Assembly: GCA_054600435.1 (NCBI GenBank)
Contig: BAAIJX010000021.1
Coordinates: forward strand, 248,001 to 312,000
Reading direction: 5' to 3'
Source: Neophaeotheca triangularis
Lineage: Eukaryota
DNA length: 64,000 bases
Of this stretch, positions 34,155 to 45,198 are shown piece after piece. The position numbers and the translations under genes are program-made. The notes below the pieces were generated by a model. That model made no database searches and had not been told where the DNA came from. It worked only from the letters and a program-made list of their open reading frames with translations. The stretch's first letter is position 1; each line of letters starts with the position of its first letter.

Positions 34155-34860
34155 GGAGGTACGCTACTAGTATTGCTGTGCAAGATAGGAGAGGAGAGGC
34201 TTGCCTAGTGGCCAGTGGACAAGGATATGGAGTCGCGTAGTAGCAAAGACAACATAAGCTACTACTAGTAATGATGCGTGTCAATGGTTTGTGCGCTGTT
34301 TCATTTGGGGCGTTTTGTTCTTTACGGATAGCATGATACAATCGTAATAATCTGGACAAGTCAGGAGGGCGGAAGAGGGAATGTGCTACGCAGGACTTTG
34401 AGTTATTGTAGACTTCATCACTGAGGTCGGGAGGGTCGTTACTATGTACTTACTGTACGTTAACTAGAGCTAGCCAGACAGACAAATGAGACAAGTGTGG
34501 AATTTGAGTACGAGCTGGACGTCAAGTTCAAGTTCAAGTGAAGTTCAAGGTTGGCGGCGGCGGCGGAGGCTCGGTAGATGGAGCTGCAGAGATGGGACGG
34601 GACGGGCCGACGCGCTTGTTTGTCAACAAAGCAACAGAGCATTGAAAGCGCGCTCCAGCTTCGAAGCTTGCCCAAGAAGTTCCAATACCACCTGCTGCAG
34701 TCCAAGGTACATAACTTACCTCTGCTTTGCCCCTTCTCACACTGCACTGCCATTCGACTGCACTTTGATTCTGGATCGCCAGTCGATTGCCATCGTATTG
34801 CGTCCCAGCAGCAGCATATCATCGCATGAAATACTCGTTACCAGGCATCCTCTCGCAGTC

Positions 34861-37779
34861 ATGGCCTCGCGAAACATGTTCCGCGAGCTTTCTCGCGGCT
34901 CAAGGACGAGCTCACCCCAGGCAGACGTCTACACTACTGCTTCAGACTTCGATGTCAATGGCGACGACCAGGTCCTCCACTCCACGCAAATCATGAATAA
35001 TAACACAAACTCCACCGCCAACGCCTTGCCTCTGCCTTCAAGACACAGCCGCTCCGCCGAGCCTTCAGAGGACGGCAGCCACGAGATGAGCATCGAATTG
35101 GGTCGCGGCATCAAAGGCTCTGCGCGACGGAACGACGATGATCCCTCCCTCACAGGCGTCATGGGATTCAGCATCGGAGACAGCGACTACGAAGTCACCA
35201 CCACGCCCCCAAGGCGTTCTTCTCAGCACAAAGGCAGCGGCAAGCTTAGGAAAGAGGCTACAACCAGGCGCGCCAGTCAGGCTATGCAGGGCGAGGACGC
35301 GCCGCAGCGTGCATTCAGCAACGCAAGGCCCCGCCAGCTCTCCGAAGTTTTGGCACAGCAGAGTGGTGATAACAACTCTTCGCTTGGATCCAACGACTTT
35401 CCCCAACAGACAGCCACTTTCAACGCGCGAAACACACGCTTCACTCGTGCCCGGAATTCTTCTGCGCAAGGGTTCGGTGTGTCGCGTCGCGGAGACGGTC
35501 CCCAGACGGATGGCAAAGCGCAACAGACACCACGTCGCGCTGTCACTGCCAATGCTACCGTACAGTCTGATGGTCAGTCATGGGCACTACCTGACACAGC
35601 CAACCTTGATAGAATCATTGGGAAGCCAAAGACGGCCACACCGGGTCTGTACAGTGCTAAATCGCGCTCTCGCTTTACTTCTACCGGATATAGACCACAG
35701 CACGCCCGGCTCGAGGGAGTTTCCATTCCACAAGACGAGAAAGCCATCTTTGCATCCTTGCAAATCCTCCAAAACCGCTATGCCGACCTTGAGACCGAAC
35801 ATGCCGAGACGCAGCGACGTGCCAAGGAGTATGAAACACAAGTTATCGATCTCCAGAGCCAAGTCAAGGTGGAGCAGCGTTTGCGCCGACCGGACAGCGC
35901 ACTCGGTTCGGACGAGGAGACTGCGCAGACGAAGTGGAAAAAGGAGAGAACAAACCTTCGGGCTTCGATTGAGTCGCTACAGCAGCGTCTTGAGCAGTCT
36001 GATCGCAAAGTTGGGGTTACTAGCACCCAATTGAAGAACGTGACCATGGAACGCGACGAGCTAGTGCTGAGGTGCGGGCACGCGGAACAGGAGAACGAAG
36101 AGCTCGAAGCAGAGAACGAGGAATTCCGCCGCGCGAATGGTGTCTTGCAGAATACGAACGATCACCTGCGTGAAGAGATTGCCTTACTCGAGCGAAACAA
36201 CCAGGATCTTAAGAGTGTGCTTGCGGAGTACAAGGATGTCCGACTTGAAAACCTGAATAGCGAAGGAAAAAGCAAAAGCAGTCAGCAGCGGAACCTCTCG
36301 CGGCGTTTGGACGGGACACACGCTGAGGATGGTCCTATCAAGATGGGAAAGCAGAGAAGGCGGTCGAATGTAGAGGACCACGACGACATAACAAGGGATG
36401 GATCCATTGGGCAGCACACAAAGCGTCATGTGGCGGAATCCGTCGATCGGCGAGTCCAGGAGTCCAGGAGCGTTCAACCCGGCTCGTACCAACGAAAGAA
36501 TGTAGTTCGACCATCTCGTAAGAGGGAAACAAACCTTCGTTCGTCCAGAGAAGATGCGGAGCAGCGCGCTCCTGTGCCGAAAAGGTCGTTCTCTGCCCCG
36601 ATCGAGAGCGATGCGAGCGATGTTCCGACGACCACGGAGCTCGAGATCACTTCAAAAACCCAGGACAGACTCCAAAAGCGATCTCAGCAGATAGTGGAGC
36701 AGACCGCAAAGCACGAAGCCGCCGACGATATCACGTGTCTTAGCTCGATCACGAATGAGGCCGAGGAAATTGGAGGCCTTCGAAAGGCGTTGGAGCAAGA
36801 GAGGTTGGAACGCAACCAAACCCGTCATGCATCAGCTCCAGCCCAGCAGACCCAGCACAATGACATGACCGGCGCCTCGAAGCAGCATAATTTTGTTACT
36901 CGAAAGTCTTCTCTGAGGGACGTCAATGCAGACTTCGATGCTGGCACCGGGCGGCTCAGCATGCATCAAGACGAGCAGACCAGAACTGCTAAAGCCGTTC
37001 GCATCCAGTCGCCGCACACATCTGATGGGTCCGAATACCCTCAGCACTTTGAAGACGAGGAAGCCGGAAACGTTTCTATGCTCAGCAACACCAGCCGTCG
37101 TCGAAGTCGTCCAACAAAGGATGATGAAACCTCCACTTTCATCATTCCCGACATCACCATGCGGAACCCAGTCCGGGAACCAATTCAAACCGCCACGGAA
37201 TCACACGTTCAATCCATCAACCACAACAAGTCCACATGTACCCAGTGTTCGCCCAATCTGGAGAAGCCGGAAACCTTTCAGCCAACTCCAGTAACCGATC
37301 GCGATCTCGAGGACCTAACCACCAACACCATCCGACCATCCGAGCCTCCGCCAGTCGCCTTGGGCAAAGTCATCAAACAGCTTGAAGACGAAGTCACCCA
37401 CCTCAAAATCCACCAACAAAAAGACATCAACTTGTACCACCAACACGACCCTGCGCTCTCGATGCGCCAACGCCTCCAACTACGCGCAAGCATCGACAAG
37501 TACACCAACGAGATCGAAGCGCGAAGCAACCAAATTTACGCCCTCTACGATGTTCTCGAAGGGCAAAAGGCCGCCGGTGATATCAAAAGCAAAGCCGAGG
37601 AACCAGAGGTGGAGGAGACGCTGCAAAGTGTAGGCATGGATGCCGCGGAGATCGCTGGAAGGGTTGGAAGGAGTGCGCCGCCTAACCTTGGGGGCCTTGA
37701 CGGCGCTATCGACGATTTGAGCGATGAGGATCAGCTGCCTTGGGGGGATGATAGCGACGTAGAGAGTGAGGTTAACTGA
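34861..37779 (+). CDS. Ppc89/Cep57-like spindle pole body coiled-coil protein
   Basis: Start MASRNMF at 34861, central coiled coil, and C-terminal LGKVIKQLEDEVTHLK..YHQHDPAL..NQIYALYDVLEGQK, which resembles the Cep57 microtubule-binding domain. Confidence 0.78.
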   Translation: MASRNMFRELSRGSRTSSPQADVYTTASDFDVNGDDQVLHSTQIMNNNTNSTANALPLPSRHSRSAEPSEDGSHEMSIELGRGIKGSARRNDDDPSLTGVMGFSIGDSDYEVTTTPPRRSSQHKGSGKLRKEATTRRASQAMQGEDAPQRAFSNARPRQLSEVLAQQSGDNNSSLGSNDFPQQTATFNARNTRFTRARNSSAQGFGVSRRGDGPQTDGKAQQTPRRAVTANATVQSDGQSWALPDTANLDRIIGKPKTATPGLYSAKSRSRFTSTGYRPQHARLEGVSIPQDEKAIFASLQILQNRYADLETEHAETQRRAKEYETQVIDLQSQVKVEQRLRRPDSALGSDEETAQTKWKKERTNLRASIESLQQRLEQSDRKVGVTSTQLKNVTMERDELVLRCGHAEQENEELEAENEEFRRANGVLQNTNDHLREEIALLERNNQDLKSVLAEYKDVRLENLNSEGKSKSSQQRNLSRRLDGTHAEDGPIKMGKQRRRSNVEDHDDITRDGSIGQHTKRHVAESVDRRVQESRSVQPGSYQRKNVVRPSRKRETNLRSSREDAEQRAPVPKRSFSAPIESDASDVPTTTELEITSKTQDRLQKRSQQIVEQTAKHEAADDITCLSSITNEAEEIGGLRKALEQERLERNQTRHASAPAQQTQHNDMTGASKQHNFVTRKSSLRDVNADFDAGTGRLSMHQDEQTRTAKAVRIQSPHTSDGSEYPQHFEDEEAGNVSMLSNTSRRRSRPTKDDETSTFIIPDITMRNPVREPIQTATESHVQSINHNKSTCTQCSPNLEKPETFQPTPVTDRDLEDLTTNTIRPSEPPPVALGKVIKQLEDEVTHLKIHQQKDINLYHQHDPALSMRQRLQLRASIDKYTNEIEARSNQIYALYDVLEGQKAAGDIKSKAEEPEVEETLQSVGMDAAEIAGRVGRSAPPNLGGLDGAIDDLSDEDQLPWGDDSDVESEVN

Positions 37780-38930
37780 AACGGCGGAACGAAGGGGATG
37801 GTTCTATCTCTTTGCTTGGGGGCTTTTTTGGATCGAACTTTTGGCAAGCAGGGAGTCGTGGTGTTTTGATTGTCAGTCTTGATCGTTATTCTTCTTTGCT
37901 TGTAGGTAACGTTGAGGTTTGAGTCTCCTGGTCATGATGGCGTTGAGTAAGCACTCCCTACCATTTTGGTGGGTCGAGACTGCAACGCTGTTTGATCATG
38001 GGTAAGCACTCCCTCTTCCGGTGTCTACAATAGTTCAAGAGCCTTTCCAACATTACGGATCATTTCGAGCCGCAGACACTGTATTTACTTGCTTTGACCC
38101 CTATCATGCAGCGTCCAACCTACACTGCATGATTAGCAAACCTCGAAGCTGGTATAAAGACCTACCTAGGTAGACATGGCAATTAATCGACGCCTATCAT
38201 AACGCAAGATGCTGAGTGCTCTACTGTTCCAAAATCGTCAAGTGTTCCCTTTACACCCCCTGATCCAGCATGGCATTCCACCGTCTGTTACGTTTGCCAA
38301 AGCCAAGCTATCCTCACGGCATCAGCGAGCCATTAACCAGGGCACACGCCCAACGACTATAAAAGCAAAAGGCTTTTTTTTTCCCCAAGCATTTTTGTCA
38401 ACACTTCATGAGTAAGTAGTGCTTCTACTGGATGAGTTGAGATTGAGGCACTGGAATGTGTGAGAATGGGACCAGCTACAGTATGTATGTACTTAGTGAT
38501 CAAGTGTGATGGTTGACTGGACAAAGCGGGTGGTTTGATAAATTGGCTGTCTTGACCTTCGTGGCTTGATCACAATACATTCGTTTCTTTTCATACTGCT
38601 CTATCCAACGACCAGGCTTGTGATACGGTCTAGAATGGTTTACCGACCCAAGAAGCTTACTGAATCCCTCAGTAGCTGCTGCTGCTGCTATAGCATTGTC
38701 GAGTAGGCTACGAAGGATAGGGCTCGTCATGTCTATATGTTAAGCTGACTATCGAGTTCTTTTGATTCGATAGTAACATCACAATACAGGACATTGGTCC
38801 GACCATCAGTAGAAGCAAAGCAACAACGAAAAGATACTGTTTAGGGGATCTGACTAGGAATGAGGATCGAAAGCCTCCGCAAAGACGAAAGTGAAGCCGT
38901 TAAAGCGTAGTAAGCAACCCCTTACAGTCC

Positions 38931-40386
38931 TTAACCAACATATGCGTTTCTTCCCCCAACCGCCAGCGTCATCAGTTCCGGCTGGCCGCTAAAAACGGCT
39001 CCTTCCTGCCCCTCAGCACCGTCGGGTGTCACGTCGTCATATGGGAAGGCATACCCTTTGCCGTCGAGGTTGGTAGCATGGACGATGCGGGAGTAGTGCT
39101 ATTCGAACCCAGCTTGTTAGTAACAGCATTACGAAGCTGGATCGAAAGGTTTGAACTTACGTTTGTCACGGGATTGGTGTAGTATTGCGCAGATCTCACG
39201 TCGTTGGGTAGGTTGTCTCCCAGAAGCAGAGTGCTACGGTTGAAAGCGGCAGCAAGGCGAGGGATGATGGCGTTGGCGGCGGCGTTGGACCCCGTGGCGA
39301 AAGGACCCGTGCTGCAGGAGAAAATGTCCCTGGCAGTAGGCTTTGGGAAGATGCCGTTGGGGCCGAAGTTGAGGTTACCGGCGCTACCAACACGGCCTCG
39401 AACGTTGCCAAAGGACGCTTGGGTGTTGATTGTTAGATTCTGGGTGGCGTAGCGCGAGTAGACGGTGTTGATGTAGTCGCGGTAGTAGGTTTCGAACCAG
39501 GAGGGGTTGAGTAAAATGCCGGAATTCGGGCTCAGTGCTCGCAGGGGCTGTCCGTTTGGGCCGTTGACGATTAACGAGCTCCATCTCCTGCCGTCTCTGG
39601 CGGTTTGCTGTCGAAGACCTTCGCAAACGGCTTGGAGGCCGTTTTCTGGTAGGCCTGAGACGTGTTGCGTCCTGCCATTGGTCTCGCGGAGGGTCAGCGA
39701 CACGGGTAAACTTACAAAGTCGACGTAGCTGATGTTGGCAAAGACTTGGAAGGAGTTGAAAGTGAATTCGGCGAAGCCAAAATTGATGTTGACGTTGGGG
39801 TCGGCTGGGTTGAACACTGAGGGCTCGACGAGACCCGGACCGGGGTTAAGCAGGAATGTCAACTCCCTGCCAACAGAAAACCAGATGCGGCCGCCGGCAA
39901 TGCGAGGAATCGTAGCCGTGACGGTGTTTCCGGGACGTCCAAGTGGAATGGCAATGTTCGCACCGATAGGCTGGCCCGTTGAAGAGGGCGATGACGGATA
40001 GTATGGGGTCCTCGCATCGGACCTCATGAGAATCAACGCGTTGTTGTTGTCGATGGCCTGACCGGCTAGATCACGAAATGTTAGCCTGAGGTGACAAGTA
40101 GGGACCGCTATGAAGATCTCTTACTGATGTACGCAAAGACTGTGTTGGAATCCGTCTGATTTTGTAAAGCTATGCGAAGGGTATTGGGGGTTGCGGCGAT
40201 TGTGAGCGGCTCCTGCTGTTCAATGGCCGCTGCCGGCGCCCCATAAGCACTGGTCGAGGTATCCATAGGGGGAGGCTGTGATGTATTTTGTTGCTGCCGT
40301 TGTTGTTGTAGCTGCTGATTACCGTCTACTACAGGTTTCTTCCTGAAGATGCGCCGGATCCTGTCCAACAAAGGACTGGAAGGCAT
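38931..40386 (-). CDS. GH64 beta-1,3-glucanase (introns 40066-40124, 39099-39160)
   Basis: Spliced FAYI/TGQAID, GGRIWFS, LVEPS, FAEFTFN..FANISYVDF, RLAAAFNRS and TN/HYSRIVH..GYAFPYDDV. Confidence 0.9.
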
Positions 40387-41711
40387 TGCCCAAGATGTGC
40401 CGAGGCGGTCTGCAGGGGGCTACTTCCGCCAAACAGGGACGGCGCGCGTGGAAGGCGGGAAGTAGAGTTTATGCACGGTGAAAAAGAGGAGGAATGATCT
40501 TGATTTTCGAGCTGATCGAGACAGAAGTCGAACAAATGGAAATATATACTACCGCTGTTCTCCTCCCTCTTGAATCCCATCTTGCCTTTGTCGAGGAAAG
40601 GTTGCCACGAGGTGTCTTGTTATCCCGTCGAAACAACGAGCACTGCAGCACTAAAGGAAGCCAGCCATATTAATCAGAGACAGCGATTGGCCGAGAGCAA
40701 ATCATCATACAATGAAAAGATACGTCGAAAGTCGAAGCAGCCAGTAGTGAGCATAGCGTGCTCCATTTGGTGGTGAGCGGATGCAACGACTCCAAAACCT
40801 GGCAGAGGTCATGACGCTCGGCGATAACCGTTGAACCATTCTGTCCGTAGCCGAAGTGTAGTAATAATAAACGCGTGGCGCTGCGCGCGAGGTCCATAAT
40901 ATGCGAATTTGTTGTCAATCAGGCGGAGAGAGTGCGCATCTAGGATGTTCGATAGCTCATGAACTCCATCCACGGCAGCGAATCTGTGAGTACTTCAATT
41001 GCTCCTAACGGTGACGGAGGGGTGACTTTGTTCACAGGCCAGAATAAGGGAGAAGTGAGGTTAATGAAAGTTGCTTTCTCCGTGCGGGGCAGCTACTGTA
41101 CTTCCGTAGGATGCCAGGACTGTGAGACACAAGCCAGCCTGATCGATGACAGTCGCCCACGAGAGAGCGCTTAGAATCGGCTTGCATGTTGCCAACCAAT
41201 CGAGCCCGTCAGTTTTCACACACAACATTGCACACTTTTGAAGCTACGCTCTTTCAAGAATCCGAGCGGCGATACATTGCGGGCACCAATATGTCGTAAC
41301 CGCAACGTTCTGTCGTTGTAATAGACCACCCGCCTTCGGCTTTCAAGTAATAAAGCGGAGCGCTCGGTGCCATGTACTGTTCGGAAAACAATTGCGTGTA
41401 GCGCTGGATTTGATGATGAGAGACGATATTCATCATGCCCTCAGCTCCAGGCATCCACTGTTGGTGACTCACCAGTGTGATTAGACCTCTTCAAGACAGA
41501 GATCAGGCGCTATAGTATTCAGTCTGCCAGACGGAGAGGCAGGATGACTCCGGCCTCTTGTGAGGCTCGTAAATTTGGAGGCCAATGTGGCTTGAGCCTC
41601 CCTTCAAGCACCCAACGTCAACTGACTCTGAGCAACTTCGCCACCTGGTACAAGGAAGCCGACGCGTTGGTGGCATGGCGTTGCCGGGGGTCCACGAGAG
41701 AAAGGTCAAAT

Positions 41712-42854
41712 TCACGGCATTGCCCCAAATCTCGTCTTGCCATAAGCGCCACCCATCTTTCGTCGCTCTTCAAGCGCTCGCTTGTATGGAGGCGCTGTGG
41801 GTGGCTGCACTGGGTCAAGACTAATATGTCCTTCCGGCAGCTTGTGCGAAGCATCAGCGTCGTAAGCACTCAAATCACCACAAGCTAGGAAAGGTGCGAT
41901 CCATCGAGTATCTTGCGGCGAAGCAGAATCTTTGGCTGGCGAAGTGCTTAAATGTAGTTCCGTGACACCATCGTCCCGCAAAATGCGCGTCTGATCGCTT
42001 GTGACAGTGGCCTGCTTCTCCTCTGCAGGCTCTTCGAGTTTCCTTCCCGTTCCCAGCGGGTTCTCGAGACTTGCCTTGAAGCCAACTGGCGGTCGGAAGT
42101 TGGTGCACACAATGAAAGCCTCAACGCTACTCGCCCGACTGCTTCTGGGCTTGGCTACGACGACGCTCTCAAAAACCACTTTGAGCTGAGCATACAGGAG
42201 GTCGACGTCTTTGCCCCTGAAGATCTTTGCGACGAACCTGCCGCCTGGCTTGAGCACGCACAGTGCCAAGTTCAGCGCTGCCCATAGCAGCTGAGACTGT
42301 ACATAGATGTCCAAGTCATGGAGACCAGTGACATCCGGAGCACCATCAGAGAGTACAAGGTCGACAGGGTGAGAGGCCGCGGTATCTGTCGAGGCATGGG
42401 CAGGATCGAGAGCATTTAGCAGCAATGGGATGGTAGATGGATGGGTGATGTCGGCTTTGAGCGTCGTAATGCCTTCGAGTGGACTCATTGGCTGCAAATC
42501 GATAGCAACTATCTTGACGTTTTCGCGGACGTTGGAGTTGGGTGGTTCCAATGTGACGTCGTGGGGACTGTGCGAGGGGTCCAGTTGGCCAGCATCTCGA
42601 AGGCGTAAAAGTTCCGCGTACCGCTTATCTTCCCATGCTGCTCGCCCTAATCGCTCGCCCTGGATGAGCACGCGTGATAGCACTTGAGACCATGACCCTG
42701 GAGCAGCACAAAGATCGACTACCCGGGTAACGCCTTCGAATAGATGGAATTCCTCGTCGAGCTGTAACAGTTTGAACGCTGAACGTGCGCGCCAGCCTTG
42801 CTCCTTGGCTAAGCGGTAGTAGGCGTCCCGCTTATCCTTTGAAGATTTGCCCAT
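41712..42854 (-). CDS. TRM7: tRNA (cytidine32/guanosine34-2'-O)-methyltransferase, FtsJ family
   Basis: [65 protein letters not shown] and [10 protein letters not shown]. Confidence 0.96.
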   Translation of the reverse strand: MGKSSKDKRDAYYRLAKEQGWRARSAFKLLQLDEEFHLFEGVTRVVDLCAAPGSWSQVLSRVLIQGERLGRAAWEDKRYAELLRLRDAGQLDPSHSPHDVTLEPPNSNVRENVKIVAIDLQPMSPLEGITTLKADITHPSTIPLLLNALDPAHASTDTAASHPVDLVLSDGAPDVTGLHDLDIYVQSQLLWAALNLALCVLKPGGRFVAKIFRGKDVDLLYAQLKVVFESVVVAKPRSSRASSVEAFIVCTNFRPPVGFKASLENPLGTGRKLEEPAEEKQATVTSDQTRILRDDGVTELHLSTSPAKDSASPQDTRWIAPFLACGDLSAYDADASHKLPEGHISLDPVQPPTAPPYKRALEERRKMGGAYGKTRFGAMP

Positions 42855-43213
42855 GAGGTGTTTATGGGATCGATCAGGCGATGACGAGACGTTGGATGCA
42901 GTTGGGCTGCATGTGGTGATAGTTGGGCAGTAGTGCTAGCAACCTTGTAACATGATATGGATTTATTTTTGATATCATCTTTGGATAATTATTACTCACT
43001 TCCCAAAGCGGCTAGATGGCCCTCTTAGCGTCGGCATTTTGTGACAGAAAGCACCGACGTCATCAATATTCCTTTGAATAATAATTCCTGCCCGCCCCCT
43101 CACTTTCCTTCACCATAAACGACAAAGTAATTGGCCAACACCCAACGATATCGTACTTGTGCCTGCCTAACAACTTCTCATACCATCTGTTCCGGCCTAC
43201 ACATAACTCCGCC

Positions 43214-44914
43214 ATGGCGACTCTGGTCCACGACGCCCCTTCGGCGACCCAGCCGGCCGCCCAGCCAGTCTCAAACCATCCCTTCACATGCAACACCTGC
43301 CAGGTTGCCTTCCGTTCTAGCGATCTACAGCGCACTCACATGCAGTCCGACTGGCACCGCTATAACCTCAAGCGTCGTGTTGCCTCTCTTCCTCCGCTGG
43401 CCTCGGACGTTTTTGCAGAGAAAGTGCTGGCCAACAAAGCTACAGCGGCCGCCACAGAAGCTAAGGCCAGGTTCGAGAAGCGATGTGAGGCGTGTGAGAA
43501 GACCTTTTACAGCGAGGGAGCATACTCGAATCATCTGGGCAGCCATAAGCACCGAATGCTAGTTTCGAAGATGCCGGCCGGTACGGATACCGAGAGCATG
43601 GCCGATTCGTCTTTCAGCTTGGGCGAGCCGATGGAGGTGGCAAGCACCGCAAGCACAATCAGCACAGCAGACCCGCCTGCCGAAACAGAATTCGAACAGG
43701 TAGTCGAGGGGATGAAGCAGACGAGTGTGAACGGGAACGCTGAGCAGGCTCCTGGTCGCCCAGGCCGACCTACTCCAATGTCTGCTGCTCAGCAGAAAGA
43801 GCACCCCTTGTCGGCTAGCTCAACGGAACCAAGCCCTGCGGCGGGAGAAAAGGAGGACATGGAGGAAGATGAGAACTACGAGCACAAGGCTGATCTCAAG
43901 CAATGTCTCTTCTGCAACTACATGTCGCCGACCGTTGACCTCAACACCAATCACATGTCCAGGCAGCACGGCTTCTTCATCCCAGAGAAGGAGTATCTTG
44001 TCGACTTGTCCGGTTTACTCACATATCTACACGAGACTATCACAGTCCTCCACCAGTGCCTTTTCTGCCATAAGCAGATCCACACAGCTTCTGGCACACA
44101 GACACACATGCGGGACAGGGGACACTGCATGATTGCGTACAGTACCGAGGAAGAGCAAATGGACGTTGGCGAATTCTACGACTTCCGTAGTACATACTCG
44201 GACGACTCCGGCTCAGACACCGAGGGCGAAGAGGACGAAGGTGGTGTTGCATTGGGAGCCAAGCGAGCAGCCAAAACAACCTACCAAAACGAGGCGGGCG
44301 AAGACGTCGACATGCCCGAGGGTGATGACGAGGGCTGGGAATCGGACTCTTCAGATTCGTCGGTACCGACCGACGAAATTACATCGGTACCAGTCGACCA
44401 CTCGGCCCGCCACCACTCGCACCACGACTCTCGCAAACACAAGAACAGCGACGGTTTTCACAGCCACGCCCACCACACACCTTCAGCTGTGTACCACGAC
44501 GGAAATGAGCTCCATCTTCCCTCAGGACGCACAGCCGGCCACCGCAATCTGCGCACATACTACCGCCAGAACCTGCGAAACTACCCCACGCCAGAAGAGC
44601 GCGCCAACCAGCGTTTCATCGAAGACAGTCGTCACGATTCCGACGCCGACGACGACGACGATGCTTCAGACACCAACACCGAGCGTGCCGTGCAGGTCAA
44701 CAACCCTCGCGGCCGCGGTAGGGACCAGCGTATTGTTACGAGAGCTAACGGTGGTCTCGGTATGCTGGGTGTGAGTGAGGCGAAGAAGAAGGAGGCCCGC
44801 AACATGGAGAAGAAGGAGTTGATTAAGGCACAGAGGGCTGAGAACAGGTACAAGGCGGGCAACGAGAGGAGGAATAACCACCAGAAGCATTACCGTGACC
44901 CATTGCTGCAGTAG
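43214..44914 (+). CDS. REI1: Cytoplasmic pre-60S maturation factor Rei1/Reh1 (C2H2 zinc fingers)
   Basis: FTCNTC..HMQSDWHRYNLKRRVASLPP, HGFFIPEKEYL, LHLPSG..GHR..YYRQ and terminal QKHYRDPLLQ. Confidence 0.93.
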   Translation: MATLVHDAPSATQPAAQPVSNHPFTCNTCQVAFRSSDLQRTHMQSDWHRYNLKRRVASLPPLASDVFAEKVLANKATAAATEAKARFEKRCEACEKTFYSEGAYSNHLGSHKHRMLVSKMPAGTDTESMADSSFSLGEPMEVASTASTISTADPPAETEFEQVVEGMKQTSVNGNAEQAPGRPGRPTPMSAAQQKEHPLSASSTEPSPAAGEKEDMEEDENYEHKADLKQCLFCNYMSPTVDLNTNHMSRQHGFFIPEKEYLVDLSGLLTYLHETITVLHQCLFCHKQIHTASGTQTHMRDRGHCMIAYSTEEEQMDVGEFYDFRSTYSDDSGSDTEGEEDEGGVALGAKRAAKTTYQNEAGEDVDMPEGDDEGWESDSSDSSVPTDEITSVPVDHSARHHSHHDSRKHKNSDGFHSHAHHTPSAVYHDGNELHLPSGRTAGHRNLRTYYRQNLRNYPTPEERANQRFIEDSRHDSDADDDDDASDTNTERAVQVNNPRGRGRDQRIVTRANGGLGMLGVSEAKKKEARNMEKKELIKAQRAENRYKAGNERRNNHQKHYRDPLLQ

Positions 44915-45198
44915 TCGTTTGCCGGTTAGCATGCGTTTGGGTTGGACAAAGAAGCTCGGCATTTTTTGTCTTCTGCACGTTGGCGTAGAGAAGGAATTGC
45001 AGAATACACACGAGTTCATGACTGAGTCTCCTCATGATGTGCATTCTCAGCTGTTGTGCAAGCCATATCCCAAAGCGCACGCCAACGGTCCAATCCAGAT
45101 AAGAAGCATACAGCCCGACTAAACGAAGGTGGTATCATCGTACTAACCGCAAAGTGAAAACAGGCCAAACGCTTGTACGCAAGAAAAAGCCACTTCGT

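Noticed and set aside
34486..34860. N-terminal extension of the 1097-aa ORF
   Set aside because: Cys/Ser-rich non-protein-like sequence overlapping promoter-like motifs. The ATG at 34861 is more plausible.
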